A DNA stretch of 64,000 nucleotides from a virus. Shown here piece after piece: positions 26,279 through 36,771 of the stretch. A program made the translations under genes and the position numbers. The DNA is taken from IMG/VR virus record IMGVR_UViG_3300033049_000020, positions 88,465 to 152,464 of that record; one strand, given 5' to 3'. How positions within the stretch are numbered: the first letter of the stretch is position 1; each line of letters starts with the position of its first letter. The notes below the pieces were generated by a model. That model had not been told where the DNA came from. It made no database searches and saw only the letters and a program-made list of their open reading frames with translations.

Positions 26279-26959
26279 ATGGATAAGTATGTAAAGGTAA
26301 AGTTCAATGGTAAGGTAACACCTTATTTACTTTACGTAGATGAGAATTACGTATGGACAGATGAGCAGGTAAAGTCGGAAAACGCTAAAACAGTTGAATT
26401 AGCTAAAATGGCTTTCCTTGACCACGGAGTACCATTAATACCTTTGGATTCAATATCAGATGTCTTGAGCCTTAAAGCGGCCTACACAACACCAACCAAA
26501 GATGTAGTATTACTCATTTATGAGGGTGGAAATTTCATGACACTATTACCATCTATGGAGATAGTAAAGGAACAATACTCTGAGTATTACCCAATAGAAG
26601 AAGGTTTTGCGGTTATATGTGAAAATGACCCATTCGATAAAAACGTGAGTATGACGGACTACATATTTGAGAGGATGTGCAAGGATAACTCAATAGTTGG
26701 GTATCATTATCTGTTCAGCTTCAGGAATAGATTAGAATCGGAATTGATTAAAGCATTTTCTGAAGCACCAGCGATACTATTCAATAGTTCGTATGTGGAT
26801 GTGGATTGGTGGGAATTAATGCTGAGGTGTATAATAAAGTCTAAAACCAAGGCTAAAGTCATCGGTAAGAAAAAAACTCACCCAAAAATGGTGGAGAGAC
26901 AGGATAAGTATCTTGAATTAGCCAATAAGTTTGGGGTTGAAATATCGATGATGCTATAA
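26279..26959 (+). CDS. Hypothetical protein
   Basis: ORF after promoter. Confidence 0.7.
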   Translation: MDKYVKVKFNGKVTPYLLYVDENYVWTDEQVKSENAKTVELAKMAFLDHGVPLIPLDSISDVLSLKAAYTTPTKDVVLLIYEGGNFMTLLPSMEIVKEQYSEYYPIEEGFAVICENDPFDKNVSMTDYIFERMCKDNSIVGYHYLFSFRNRLESELIKAFSEAPAILFNSSYVDVDWWELMLRCIIKSKTKAKVIGKKKTHPKMVERQDKYLELANKFGVEISMML

Positions 26960-26998
26960 TTTGCATATGTCAAATATTTTATGTATCTTTGTTCTATT

Positions 26999-27520
26999 AT
27001 GAGTAAAGAAGACAAATTCAATCCAGAGAGACTATTACGTAGTCTAGGCTTCACTAGTGTAAGTAAGGATGAAGACGGAAATTCTAAACCTAGCGATTGG
27101 GGTAGTAGTCGTTTCTACAATCATCCTCTAGGTTATCGTGTAGATATCACTTACGATGACAATACGACTAGGAAGCCTGATAATGTCCTTTACTACATGT
27201 TCAGGGATAACCAACATAGAGAAGTGGTTGAGGATTACAATAAATCATACGGACAGCATAGAACGTCAACGGAGTTTGCTAACGCTCTACACGACTTCAA
27301 TAAAGAACTCAAAGAATTTTACAAAGACAAATTAGAGGCTAATCCACTATTAAAAAAGTATGTAACAACCTTCGAATACGTAGGCTGCTCAGGATTTCAC
27401 CCTTCTCACTTTGGAACAAGGACTAAAGGTCATTTAAGTATGGACTGGTGGTTAGAAACATTCAAAAACTTAGAGTGGGATGTGGACATGATGAAAGAAG
27501 CAAAAGAAAAATCAGAATAA
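26999..27520 (+). CDS. Hypothetical protein
   Basis: ATG after TATCTTTG promoter. Confidence 0.7.
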   Translation: MSKEDKFNPERLLRSLGFTSVSKDEDGNSKPSDWGSSRFYNHPLGYRVDITYDDNTTRKPDNVLYYMFRDNQHREVVEDYNKSYGQHRTSTEFANALHDFNKELKEFYKDKLEANPLLKKYVTTFEYVGCSGFHPSHFGTRTKGHLSMDWWLETFKNLEWDVDMMKEAKEKSE

Positions 27521-27577
27521 ATTTGCATAGCTCGAATATTTTTCGTATCTTTGTAATCTAATCAAAACAAAAAACGT

Positions 27578-27940
27578 ATGATTCTAATTTTTATATTACT
27601 AGCATTAATAATACTCGGTGGGTATATAATGAACACTAGTTATAATTATGAGCCTCTTGGCTTTATGATGGTAGCTATATTCAGCATTTGGCTACTTATT
27701 CATACTATTATGTGGGGGTTAACTACTTACGATTATTATATGTTTGTAGTTAAGAGAAATGCATTTGAGCAAACGTTGAGTGACTCTAGAGAAAACGGCA
27801 ATGAATATGAGACTGCTGCAATTGTTAAAGAGGTGGCTGAGTGGAATATTAGTTTGGCCACTAGACAGTACGACAATAAGACTTTCTATCTAGACCAATA
27901 TCATGACGATAGAATAGAAGATTTAAAGCCAATCAAATAA
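27578..27940 (+). CDS. Membrane protein
   Basis: Two N-terminal hydrophobic segments. Confidence 0.65.
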   Translation: MILIFILLALIILGGYIMNTSYNYEPLGFMMVAIFSIWLLIHTIMWGLTTYDYYMFVVKRNAFEQTLSDSRENGNEYETAAIVKEVAEWNISLATRQYDNKTFYLDQYHDDRIEDLKPIK

Positions 27941-28099
27941 ATGGCCTCTAAGAATAAGTGGAATAAGATGAAGAACGCTCGTTCTAATCGTGGATTTGCA
28001 CTTAAAGAGTCTAAATTAAAAATGAAGCGAAGACTATTCTTCAACGCCTCAACAAGAAAAAATTTAAACAACCCCAAAAACTGGGATTAATTAATAACA

Positions 28100-28468
28100 A
28101 TGAAAGAATTAAAAGAATTTGCAGAGAGAATAGCCAACTTCACACCAAGTGAAGCAAAAGAGCTAAAAGAAATATTAGAAGATACTTACGGTATTGAAGC
28201 ACCTAATACTGATGTTGTGGTATTTGATAACGTTGAGGTAGAAGAAGTGGAAACTCAAACTGAGTTTGACGTGATTCTAGAGAACTCTGGCGCATCCAAA
28301 TTGGGAATCGTTAAGTTGGTTAAGCAAATGCTTGGTTTAGGGCTTAGAGAGGCTAAAACCATTGTTGATGCGGCTCCTACAGCAATAAAGGAAGCAGTTT
28401 CTGACATGGAAGCTCAGTCCCTTAAGTCTGAATTGGAAGCAGCAGGTGCGACTGTAACAATTGTATAA
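28100..28468 (+). CDS. rplL: 50S ribosomal protein L7/L12
   Basis: QTEFDVIL...KLGIVKLVK..LGLGLREAK.IVD.AP..IKE...LEAAGATV. Confidence 0.95.
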   Translation: MKELKEFAERIANFTPSEAKELKEILEDTYGIEAPNTDVVVFDNVEVEEVETQTEFDVILENSGASKLGIVKLVKQMLGLGLREAKTIVDAAPTAIKEAVSDMEAQSLKSELEAAGATVTIV

Positions 28469-28735
28469 TGACCTTTAAAAAGATTGACGTCATAAATCGA
28501 ATATTGGTTTTCTGTGATGAGGTCAAAATTTATCGTAAAGAACTTATGGTTCGTAAGCACTTTATATGCGAGTCAGAAGAATATACTGATGAGCTGTGGG
28601 AAATATTCAAAGAAATTTGGTTATCCAAACCCCTATTGTAATGTTCGATAAGATACTAGAAGAACATAAAAACTTGATGAATAGTAATCACCGTAACATA
28701 GTTATTGTGGTTATGATACTAACAATACTTATAGC

Positions 28736-29035
28736 ATGTTTATAGAGAGATACACTTCCCCGACTTCCGACCTATACCTTGATGGTGAGTTCGTGACAAC
28801 CCTCTTTAATGAGGAAGAACTTCTTAGAGTAAGACTTAAAGTGGCTCAAGAAGAACTTAAAGGTTACACAGTGGTGATTGAAGGATACGAATATAACATG
28901 TTACATGACGGCATGTTGGAGTCGGAAGATGATAAGGATGGTGAAGCGCTCAGAGAGGTATTTAATGTGTCCTTTGAATGTGTTCGGAAAATATGCTTAC
29001 TCAATCGAGAAAGAAAAGACCTTTTGAAGAACTAG
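28736..29035 (+). CDS. Hypothetical protein
   Basis: ORF followed by a hairpin terminator (29063-29087). Confidence 0.6.
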   Translation: MFIERYTSPTSDLYLDGEFVTTLFNEEELLRVRLKVAQEELKGYTVVIEGYEYNMLHDGMLESEDDKDGEALREVFNVSFECVRKICLLNRERKDLLKN

Positions 29036-29127
29036 AGTTCTTTTCCATACCACCCTGAGTACAAAGCCGAAGTTTATTTTCGGCTTTCCTTGCATTTGTC
29101 AATTATATTTTGTATCTTTGTCTCATA

Positions 29128-29403
29128 ATGAATGAAACAAGACTGAAATTAGACCATTGTCCAGCTTGCAAAAGTGAATGTGATTCTGCATCATCTTCTG
29201 ATAATAGTAATGCTAAACCAGTACCATACGATATTACAGTATGTTTTTACTGCGCAGAGACATTACAATTCGATGAGGATTTGCGATTAACATCATTATC
29301 TAGTCGAGATTTCGACATGTTGGATAAGGAGACAAGAATAGAGGTTTTGAAAGTAAAGAGGTTTGTTAAAGAGGAAATAGATAGAAAAGAAAAAAATGAG
29401 TAA
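29128..29403 (+). CDS. Zn-finger protein
   Basis: CPAC ... CFYC. Confidence 0.6.
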   Translation: MNETRLKLDHCPACKSECDSASSSDNSNAKPVPYDITVCFYCAETLQFDEDLRLTSLSSRDFDMLDKETRIEVLKVKRFVKEEIDRKEKNE

Positions 29404-29995
29404 CAAAAGTAATAAAAGTGACATATTTGTCACGAGTGACCAACATTTTGGTCATAAGAACATCATACGATTCTCCAATCGCCCGTATCGAGACGTGAAT
29501 CATATGAATGAGGAAATGATAAAGAATTGGAACGCTATCATCAGTGATAATGATGATGTTTACATGCTGGGAGATGTAAGTCTAACAAATGCAGAGAAAA
29601 CAAAGGATATAATATACCGATTAAACGGTAGATTACATCTGATTAACGGTAACCATGAGAAGAGTGTTCTTAGCAAAAGCTATAATAGAGACCGATTTGA
29701 GTGGATTAAAGATTACTACGAATTGAAGATTAATGACGAAGGCGAAAAAGCAATGTTCGTGATGTGTCATTACGCATTTAGAGTATGGAATAAAAGCCAT
29801 CATAAATCAATTCACCTTTATGGGCACTCTCACGATAGCTTAGACGCTAACGGAGAATTTTGGGGGAGAAGTATGGATGTTGGGGTTGACAGTGCCGCCA
29901 GAGTATTGGGAGAATATAGACCATTTAGACTTAGCGAAATTACGAATATAATGAAAAAACGTGAACCTAAAATTATTGACCATCATGGTAAATAA
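29396..29995 (+). CDS. Calcineurin-like metallophosphoesterase
   Basis: SDQHFGH, LGD, GNHE, GHSH motifs. Confidence 0.9.
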   Translation: MSNKSNKSDIFVTSDQHFGHKNIIRFSNRPYRDVNHMNEEMIKNWNAIISDNDDVYMLGDVSLTNAEKTKDIIYRLNGRLHLINGNHEKSVLSKSYNRDRFEWIKDYYELKINDEGEKAMFVMCHYAFRVWNKSHHKSIHLYGHSHDSLDANGEFWGRSMDVGVDSAARVLGEYRPFRLSEITNIMKKREPKIIDHHGK

Positions 29996-30060
29996 TTTGG
30001 AGTATTTCACATCAGTTATGACTTTTTGGTTATTCTACGATATTTATATTAAAGACTAAG

Positions 30061-30642
30061 ATGGAAAAAAGATGTGTAATATGTGATGACGTGAAACCAC
30101 TTAATAAGTTTCATAAAGCTTCAGATAGACCAGATGGATATAGAGGTGATTGTAAAATTTGTAGGAAAACTAAGAGGAGATTAGACCCAAACGCCACTAA
30201 ATTAAGGTGCTATACTTGCGATGAGCTAAAAGATAAAACGGACGAAAATTTCCACATATCTAAAAAGAGTAAGTATGGGTTTAGGCGTTGTTGTAAAGAG
30301 TGTCACAAAAATATACAGAGGAAGAGTCACCTAAATAGGAATTACGGTATAACACCAGAAGAGTATGAGGGTATGCTAATAAACCAAGATTATAAATGTT
30401 TAATATGTACAGAGGTTAAAAAATTGGTTGTTGACCACAACCACTTGAGTGGTGAGGTGAGAGGTCTTCTATGTGATACTTGTAATCGGGGAATCGGTTA
30501 TCTACAGGAAAGTAAGACCAACCTTTGGAACTCGATACTATATTTGATGCCAGAATTAGAGAATGTTAGATTTAGTGAAGTAAAAGACATTTTGGATAAA
30601 AGAGAAAAAAAGGTGGTAGACCACCACACAGGGAGGACTTAG
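30061..30642 (+). CDS. Endonuclease VII-family homing endonuclease fused to a remnant phosphoesterase C-terminus
   Basis: YGIT.EEY..ML..Q...C.IC...LVVDHNH.SGEVRGLLC..CN.GIG. Confidence 0.85.
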   Translation: MEKRCVICDDVKPLNKFHKASDRPDGYRGDCKICRKTKRRLDPNATKLRCYTCDELKDKTDENFHISKKSKYGFRRCCKECHKNIQRKSHLNRNYGITPEEYEGMLINQDYKCLICTEVKKLVVDHNHLSGEVRGLLCDTCNRGIGYLQESKTNLWNSILYLMPELENVRFSEVKDILDKREKKVVDHHTGRT

Positions 30643-30703
30643 ATTTGTCTTAGACAATTGTCCTCTACTATTTATAAATGAGGATAATTAAAAAAGAGAA
30701 ATT

Positions 30704-31309
30704 ATGGAAACAGTTTTCAAACTAAAGAATGGTGCATCAGTCGATGTTATCGAGCACACTAACAGCGTAATCGCTGAAAATAGAGCATTAGGATACGTAA
30801 CCAGAATCTACATTGGTACAGACTCACAAGACAGAGGTAGCAAGTCTACTTATGCTACTTGTATTTGTTACAGAAGTGGGTTCTACTTAGAACCAGCATA
30901 TGAAGGTGCAGACCCAGAATTTGTTGGTAAGGGTGTTCACTATATCTACACTAAGGAAAAGATTCCAAGGTTAAGAGACATCTGGTCAAGGTTGTACAAG
31001 GAAACTGAGTACACCATGGAAATTGCCACTTGGTTCATTGACTTGTACCCAAATGCAGATGTAACAATCGATTTGGACTATAATATCAAGCCAAGCGAAA
31101 ATAGTAACATCTTGGTAAGCGCAACCAAAGGTTGGGCAGAAAGTATGGGTATGAAGGTTAACATTAAGTTGGACTGGGAGGACGAAAATACTAAGTACCA
31201 TGTACAAGTTGCTACAAAGGCGGCTGACCGTGAATGTAGAGGTGGTGGTTCAAAAGCTGGAAACAGAAAGAAGTTCCGAAAGGAAAACAAAAAAGCCGCT
31301 AAGTCATAA
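30704..31309 (+). CDS. RNase H-like YkuK-family protein
   Basis: IYIGTDSQ ... RLYKET ... ATKAADR. Confidence 0.75.
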   Translation: METVFKLKNGASVDVIEHTNSVIAENRALGYVTRIYIGTDSQDRGSKSTYATCICYRSGFYLEPAYEGADPEFVGKGVHYIYTKEKIPRLRDIWSRLYKETEYTMEIATWFIDLYPNADVTIDLDYNIKPSENSNILVSATKGWAESMGMKVNIKLDWEDENTKYHVQVATKAADRECRGGGSKAGNRKKFRKENKKAAKS

Positions 31310-31313
31310 TTTA

Positions 31314-31342
31314 AAAAGCCCATTTATTACAAATGGGCTTTT
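31314..31342 (+). terminator. Intrinsic terminator
   Basis: AAAAGCCCATTT-ATTAC-AAATGGGCTTTT. Confidence 0.75.
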
Positions 31343-31726
31343 TATTTGCATATGTCAAATATTTTGTGTATATTTGTATTATCATTAATAAAAACTATTA
31401 ATTATGGAATGGGTAATGTTAAACATGTTTCTGGCAATAGCCAATTTTGGAGTGGGGGTACACTCTTATAATAATAAAGAGTATGGACAATATGTGGGTG
31501 TCTGGATTATGTACAATGAGTACATTTAGTCAAATTGCAAACCTTATAGTCTAATGGGAGTTCTACTATTCGTATTGTTACTCCTATTAATATTAGCGCC
31601 AGAGATACTGCTACTACTTGCAATGGTTCCAATCATACTACTTGTAGTGATATTCGAGTTCATATTGAACCTATTTGGTAAGAGCCTTGATGGTAAAGAC
31701 CTTAATAATAACTAAAATAAATAATA

Positions 31727-31999
31727 ATGAAAAGAATACTATTAGTACTTGCGGTTGCGGTGACATTTATGTTCACTATTACAAGCTGCACTGAGAACCA
31801 AAGAGCAAAGCGATTTGGTGGGAATATGACAATCAACCTACCAGCAGGTCAGAAATTGGTTGAGGCAACGTGGAAGAACGAAGACCTTTGGTATCTCACC
31901 AGAGATAGACGAGAAGGAGAAGTGGTTGAGAAATTTAGCTTCGTTGAAGAATCCTCATTTGGGATTATTGAAGGAAGTGTAACCTTTATAGAGAAATAA
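31727..31999 (+). CDS. Putative lipoprotein
   Basis: Signal peptide ending ITSC; TENQRAKRFGG. Confidence 0.7.
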   Translation: MKRILLVLAVAVTFMFTITSCTENQRAKRFGGNMTINLPAGQKLVEATWKNEDLWYLTRDRREGEVVEKFSFVEESSFGIIEGSVTFIEK

Positions 32000-32152
32000 A
32001 CCATGTCAGTATTTGCAATGAACATATTATTTGTCTTCCTTAACGGAGGAGTATCAATTTTGAATTACAACATTGGAAACCACAAGACATCATTATTTTC
32101 AATGTTTGTGGTTGGATGGTGTGCTGCCTTGGCATTTAAAGCAATCCTTTAA

Positions 32153-32467
32153 ATGACTGAGATAATCATTTGTAGTGCTGTTTGGTATAAGGACTTACCA
32201 ACGATGGTTCACTTACCTAAAAACATTGATGTTGGAACGGTAGTATGTGGTCATAGACATCACAACTGTATTCACACCGTTTTTACCCTATGTAAACTTA
32301 GAAGTGTTACTTTCGCTGAAGATGCCGCAGGTGAGGATGTACAAGGTTTCCTAACCAATACGAACAGATTTGTGGATAGGTATGATGGGATGGAAATTGC
32401 AATTGCATGTGGACAAGTGGGTGAAGAGAAAACTGGTAAAGAATTATATAGTGAAGATTTATATTAA
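32153..32467 (+). CDS. Hypothetical phage protein
   Basis: CGHRH ... QGFLT..NRFVDR ... LYSEDLY. Confidence 0.7.
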   Translation: MTEIIICSAVWYKDLPTMVHLPKNIDVGTVVCGHRHHNCIHTVFTLCKLRSVTFAEDAAGEDVQGFLTNTNRFVDRYDGMEIAIACGQVGEEKTGKELYSEDLY

Positions 32468-32880
32468 TGAGCGATAAAGCCTACATAAGGATGATTGAAA
32501 CGGCTGAGTCCATACAGAAGGGTGACTGGTTGTTTACCTGTGATATGGAACCTAAACAATTTGAGTCTTTTGACCCAGAGAAATCTCCCGATGATTGGGA
32601 GAGGGATAAATTCTCGGACAAGAATTGGGAGCAATTCTCCAAGTATGGGGACTTTACAACCATTGGAGGTGCATGTCATTCACAATCTAATTGTGGTCTA
32701 CACCCAGTATCGGAGAAGTACGCTAAGTGGTTCATCGAGAACAAATGCTGGGAAGAATATGATAAGTTGAAAGGTAGCGACATAAATTATGATTCGACAG
32801 ATAATGACATCTGGGAGGACTATGAGATACGAGTAAAGGAACGATGTGAAGAAGAAGGAATAACTTACGAAGGAATATAA
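32467..32880 (+). CDS. Hypothetical protein
   Basis: Coupled ORF. Confidence 0.65.
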   Translation: MSDKAYIRMIETAESIQKGDWLFTCDMEPKQFESFDPEKSPDDWERDKFSDKNWEQFSKYGDFTTIGGACHSQSNCGLHPVSEKYAKWFIENKCWEEYDKLKGSDINYDSTDNDIWEDYEIRVKERCEEEGITYEGI

Positions 32881-32997
32881 AACATGGAGTGGATATTGAT
32901 AGCATTAGTAATTTGGTATTTCTTCTTTCGAGAAGATGATTATTGAGAAATAAAGGCAGAGATTGTATCGCTGGGCGAAAGCCTTGAGGAATTATAT

Positions 32998-33266
32998 AGA
33001 GTGGGTAAACAGAGAATCTAACGCTGTGAATACGCTAGACGTATTCATTGAGGAAGTTCAGGGCATCTCTCCAAGAGGTAGGAGATTCGGGCTAACGTTC
33101 GGGTTGTTTGGACTACCGCAACATGGGATGCAACACCAACAGTCTTAGCAAGCGAACTTGGATTGCGATGATAGACGGGTAGTGGCACCAGTATGAAAAA
33201 CTGGATGACTTTTAGGGTCATAGATAAATGTTAGATTTAAAAACAAGACCTTGGCTATGCTCACTT
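32998..33266 (+). ncRNA. rnpB: RNase P RNA (compact, phage-encoded)
   Basis: GAGGAAGTTCAGGGC (33050-64) and ACAAGACCTTGGCTA (33243-57) match the conserved P4 strands, including the bulged U; TAGATAAATG; P1 GAGTGGGTA/TGCTCACTT. Confidence 0.8.
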
Positions 33267-33827
33267 ACCCACTCTTATGTAATTTTCTCTCTTTATTTCT
33301 CTATTTATCTTACTACACAAAGGTTGGAGGTTAGTATAGTGATTTAGGTTAATAATATCATCCTCAGTCTTACCAGATGTCGATGGTATTATGTGGTCAA
33401 TATCCCAACCGTAATCAAATTCACCATTATACTTACCATAATTATCCCAGTTCATCCATGGCTCCCAAAGGGATTCTATACGTATTTTAAATTCATTAAA
33501 CGAACAATCTAGTATTTCAGTGGCTTTAGACTTTTTGGTATAACCATTACGATATATGGTCATTCTTATTAGTCTACTAATACTGCTACGTATCTTGAAT
33601 AGGTTATCGGATTTGCGCTTAGTCTTTAGGTACTCACGTTTATACTTTCGTCTATAGTCAACATTTTTAAGTTCCCAGCGTCTACGGCCATCTTTAACCT
33701 TTTCTGGGTTATTATTACGCCATACTTTATGCTGAATACTGGTACATAGCTTACAAATACCCTTATGTTTATAGAACGTAACATTAGGTTCATACTCACC
33801 ACAATGTTTACAGGTTTTAACCTTCAT
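33261..33827 (-). CDS. HNH-type homing endonuclease
   Basis: WMNWDNYG...WDIDHIIP...LNHYTNLQPL. Confidence 0.85.
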   Translation of the reverse strand: MKVKTCKHCGEYEPNVTFYKHKGICKLCTSIQHKVWRNNNPEKVKDGRRRWELKNVDYRRKYKREYLKTKRKSDNLFKIRSSISRLIRMTIYRNGYTKKSKATEILDCSFNEFKIRIESLWEPWMNWDNYGKYNGEFDYGWDIDHIIPSTSGKTEDDIINLNHYTNLQPLCSKINREIKRENYIRVGK

Positions 33828-33960
33828 CGATATCTTTCTTTAGTAACACCCTTAGTCGTTGTGATATAGAATATCCATTATCTTTGCAGTGCTTAACGAA
33901 CGCATCCTTTAATTCTTGTTCAACCCTTACGTTGAGCATTATCTCCTTTTTATTTCCCAT
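33817..33960 (-). CDS. Small ribbon-helix-helix DNA-binding protein (not in the ORF track)
   Basis: MGNKKEIMLNVRVEQELKDAFVKHCKDNGYSISQRLRVLLKKDIDEG. Confidence 0.65.
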   Translation of the reverse strand: MGNKKEIMLNVRVEQELKDAFVKHCKDNGYSISQRLRVLLKKDIDEG

Positions 33961-34031
33961 GTAAATCAATTGCTTTACAATAAATATAATAAAAATTTGG
34001 AAAAGTCATATTAATTGTGTATATTTGTAAT

Positions 34032-34526
34032 ATGAAAGTAATAACAGGTAAAGCGAGATATAAGAAAGAGAGTAGGTTCATCTATAATACTGATGAAAAA
34101 CTTATCTTCGACATCACTAAGGTGTATATCACGACTACAGCTAAGAGTTGTGTCGGTGTATACCCAGTAGGGTCACGAGAATATCGACTTAGCTTAGTTG
34201 GTACCGAATGGGACGACTCTGATGGTAAGTATAAAAAGGATACGGTGTGTCATGATAGTGAACTGATTATACTTGAGTTGTATGAGACAGTTACACTGCC
34301 ATTGACAGATGAAGAGTGTTACAAGCTAGTCGATTTCATTAAAGAAGACTCAACTAGAGTATTACAAGATTTCTTGGATGCTAACATTAGGGTATCTAAT
34401 TTCCCAATTATTGATTTGTCAACCTCTAACTTCCCCTCAGTGAGGGAAAGCTACTTGGAGTGGGAACAAGACCCAAACGCAAGAATCATCAACGCAGACG
34501 TTGAACCTGCGCCATACGATAGATAG
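34032..34526 (+). CDS. Hypothetical protein
   Basis: ATG after promoter. Confidence 0.65.
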   Translation: MKVITGKARYKKESRFIYNTDEKLIFDITKVYITTTAKSCVGVYPVGSREYRLSLVGTEWDDSDGKYKKDTVCHDSELIILELYETVTLPLTDEECYKLVDFIKEDSTRVLQDFLDANIRVSNFPIIDLSTSNFPSVRESYLEWEQDPNARIINADVEPAPYDR

Positions 34527-34544
34527 GACTAATAGTGGAGGGGT

Positions 34545-34907
34545 ATGGGTAAGCTCACCTCCTTTATTTTAAAACCAAACAACATGGCTAAGACTAAAAA
34601 GAAACGTACAGATTTAAGGTCACTTACAGTTAACGGTGTGGAGTGGGGGTATAAGATTGGAAAGACTTGTATTGCTATTCACGACCCTAACGATAAGAGG
34701 TACTTCCCTAAGATTGACAGTTTAATCGATTCTAGCAGTATAGGTTACAGAATAACACCTGCGCTGATACTCAACTATATTAAGGTTGTGATATTGAAAG
34801 AGGAAGCGGTACATAGTACGTGTTGTGACTGTGGTATAGTGTCTAGTAATTTGGAAGTGTTAACTTTTGATGGTATTACCAGTGCGTGGTGTTATAGTTG
34901 TGTATAA
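34545..34907 (+). CDS. Hypothetical protein with C-terminal Cys cluster
   Basis: ORF followed by terminator AAAAACCACCCATTGGGTGGTTTTT. Confidence 0.6.
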   Translation: MGKLTSFILKPNNMAKTKKKRTDLRSLTVNGVEWGYKIGKTCIAIHDPNDKRYFPKIDSLIDSSSIGYRITPALILNYIKVVILKEEAVHSTCCDCGIVSSNLEVLTFDGITSAWCYSCV

Positions 34908-35026
34908 AGAATATGATTCTGAGTAAGCTCACCTTTATTTATTTTTTGAAAAACCACCCATTGGGTGGTTTTTCTCGTTTTAATATAGTATCTTTGTTGT
35001 AACCTTAAAAATAATAAACAAATAGA

Positions 35027-36316
35027 ATGAATTTAGACCCAAAGACTAAAGTATGGAACGAATCAGGAGGTAGACACTATCTACAATTCCCAACCAACAG
35101 AATGCAAGAATTAGATAAAAACTCTGTCTATGTGGTAGAGCAAGATGAATTTAAAGTGTTTTATTTATCTAAAGTATCGAATGGATATGTTTTCGATTAT
35201 AAAATTTACGGATTAGAATCAGAATTCGTTAGGAGAGTGGAGAAGAGTTATGCCGCTACAAATAGCAACTTAGGTATTCTACTTAATGGTACAAAAGGAA
35301 CTGGTAAAACTGTATGTTGTAAAACGATTGCTAACAACCTTAATCAACCAACGGTTATTATTAATGTCCCGTTTCCAGGAGTCCAATTCTTCGTGAATAG
35401 TATTCCACAGGACATCACCATTTTTGTTGATGAGTATGAGAAGATTTACGGTAATTCAAATGATATGCTTACCATTATGGATGGGGCACTTAATTCTGAG
35501 TTCAAGCGTATGTTCTTATTGACAACTAATAAGTTGTACATCGAGGACAACCTAAAACAACGACCATCAAGATTACGTTACTTGAAGACCTTCAGTGACC
35601 TATCACCAGATGTTGTCGAGGAATTGGTTGAGGACATTCTCATATTGGAGAAATTCAAAGATGAGTGCTTCAAGTTTATCAGCTCTCTAGAGATTATCAC
35701 TGTGGACATAGTGAAGGAGATTTTGAATGAAGTAAACCTTCATAATGAATCACCATTTGAATTCGCTGAAGACTTTAACGTAGAAATGCGAGAAGGTAAG
35801 TATAAGATTTTCAATGTAGACCAAAATGGTAACACGTCATTGGCTATGAACAATGCGAATATCTACCCTAGACCTAAGTTTAACGAACAACATACTCGAC
35901 ACTACGTTGAGGTTGGTGGTATAATGATTGGTGAAATAGTCAACGTGATTGATGAAGATACCATTATGATTGGTGAATGGGTGGTTGATGAAGAAACTGG
36001 TGAAAATACACCGACTCTGAGCAAGCTAATGGTATTACGACTTGAAAAGACATATACTACTCACGTTCATTACGCTTACGGTGGCTATGATGATTACGGT
36101 TTCGGTGGTAGAACTGATATTAATTCGTCAAAGATAGCAGGTGGATTCACAAATATCTTAATAGGTATGACGGCTGAAGAGCTATTGAAAATCATGAAAC
36201 TTATCAATCATAACCAGCCAACCGATGAAGGATTTGAATTCGGTGATGAGGCGGTTGCAAAGCCAAAAGCATACCAAGCTATAAGCGAAGTAGAAGTAGG
36301 AAAGGCAGAGGGATAA
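35027..36316 (+). CDS. AAA+ ATPase
   Basis: GTKGTGKT, IFVDEYEK, TTN, RPSR. Confidence 0.85.
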   Translation: MNLDPKTKVWNESGGRHYLQFPTNRMQELDKNSVYVVEQDEFKVFYLSKVSNGYVFDYKIYGLESEFVRRVEKSYAATNSNLGILLNGTKGTGKTVCCKTIANNLNQPTVIINVPFPGVQFFVNSIPQDITIFVDEYEKIYGNSNDMLTIMDGALNSEFKRMFLLTTNKLYIEDNLKQRPSRLRYLKTFSDLSPDVVEELVEDILILEKFKDECFKFISSLEIITVDIVKEILNEVNLHNESPFEFAEDFNVEMREGKYKIFNVDQNGNTSLAMNNANIYPRPKFNEQHTRHYVEVGGIMIGEIVNVIDEDTIMIGEWVVDEETGENTPTLSKLMVLRLEKTYTTHVHYAYGGYDDYGFGGRTDINSSKIAGGFTNILIGMTAEELLKIMKLINHNQPTDEGFEFGDEAVAKPKAYQAISEVEVGKAEG

Positions 36317-36336
36317 TACCCACTAATATATCAATA

Positions 36337-36371
36337 AATAAGGAAGCTGGATTAAATCCAGCTTCCTTATT
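36337..36371. terminator. Perfect hairpin terminator
   Basis: AATAAGGAAGCTGGAT-TAA-ATCCAGCTTCCTTATT. Confidence 0.7.
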
Positions 36372-36405
36372 TGCATATGTCAAATATTATTTGTATCTTT
36401 GTGGT

Positions 36406-36771
36406 GTGGATTTATTCAAGAACGGCATATTAAGTTTAAAAGATATATTCTCTTTACTTAATTCCCCTAGGGATTTAACTGAAGAAGAGTTTCATTGCCT
36501 ATCTATTTTCTGTAGTCTTAAGCCGTGGAAACATATTATTGAATCCATAGATACTCCACAAGTAGTGATAGATTGTGGAATCTCATCCACGCTTAGTGAG
36601 GTGAGAAGGATGATAAAAGCTAACGCACTATCAATCGGTAAGCGAAAGGTAAAAGACTTTAGTGATACTATCCAACCTGAAGATTTCTTTGAGACGGGTA
36701 TCGAAGGGTTAAAGTGGACAACAGTTAAACACGGAAAGAAAATTCAAGAAGTAATACTAACATGTCAGTAA
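36406..36771 (+). CDS. S4-like RNA-binding protein resembling the TyrRS C-terminal domain
   Basis: SSTLSEVRRMIKANALSI...KHGKK. Confidence 0.6.
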   Translation: MDLFKNGILSLKDIFSLLNSPRDLTEEEFHCLSIFCSLKPWKHIIESIDTPQVVIDCGISSTLSEVRRMIKANALSIGKRKVKDFSDTIQPEDFFETGIEGLKWTTVKHGKKIQEVILTCQ

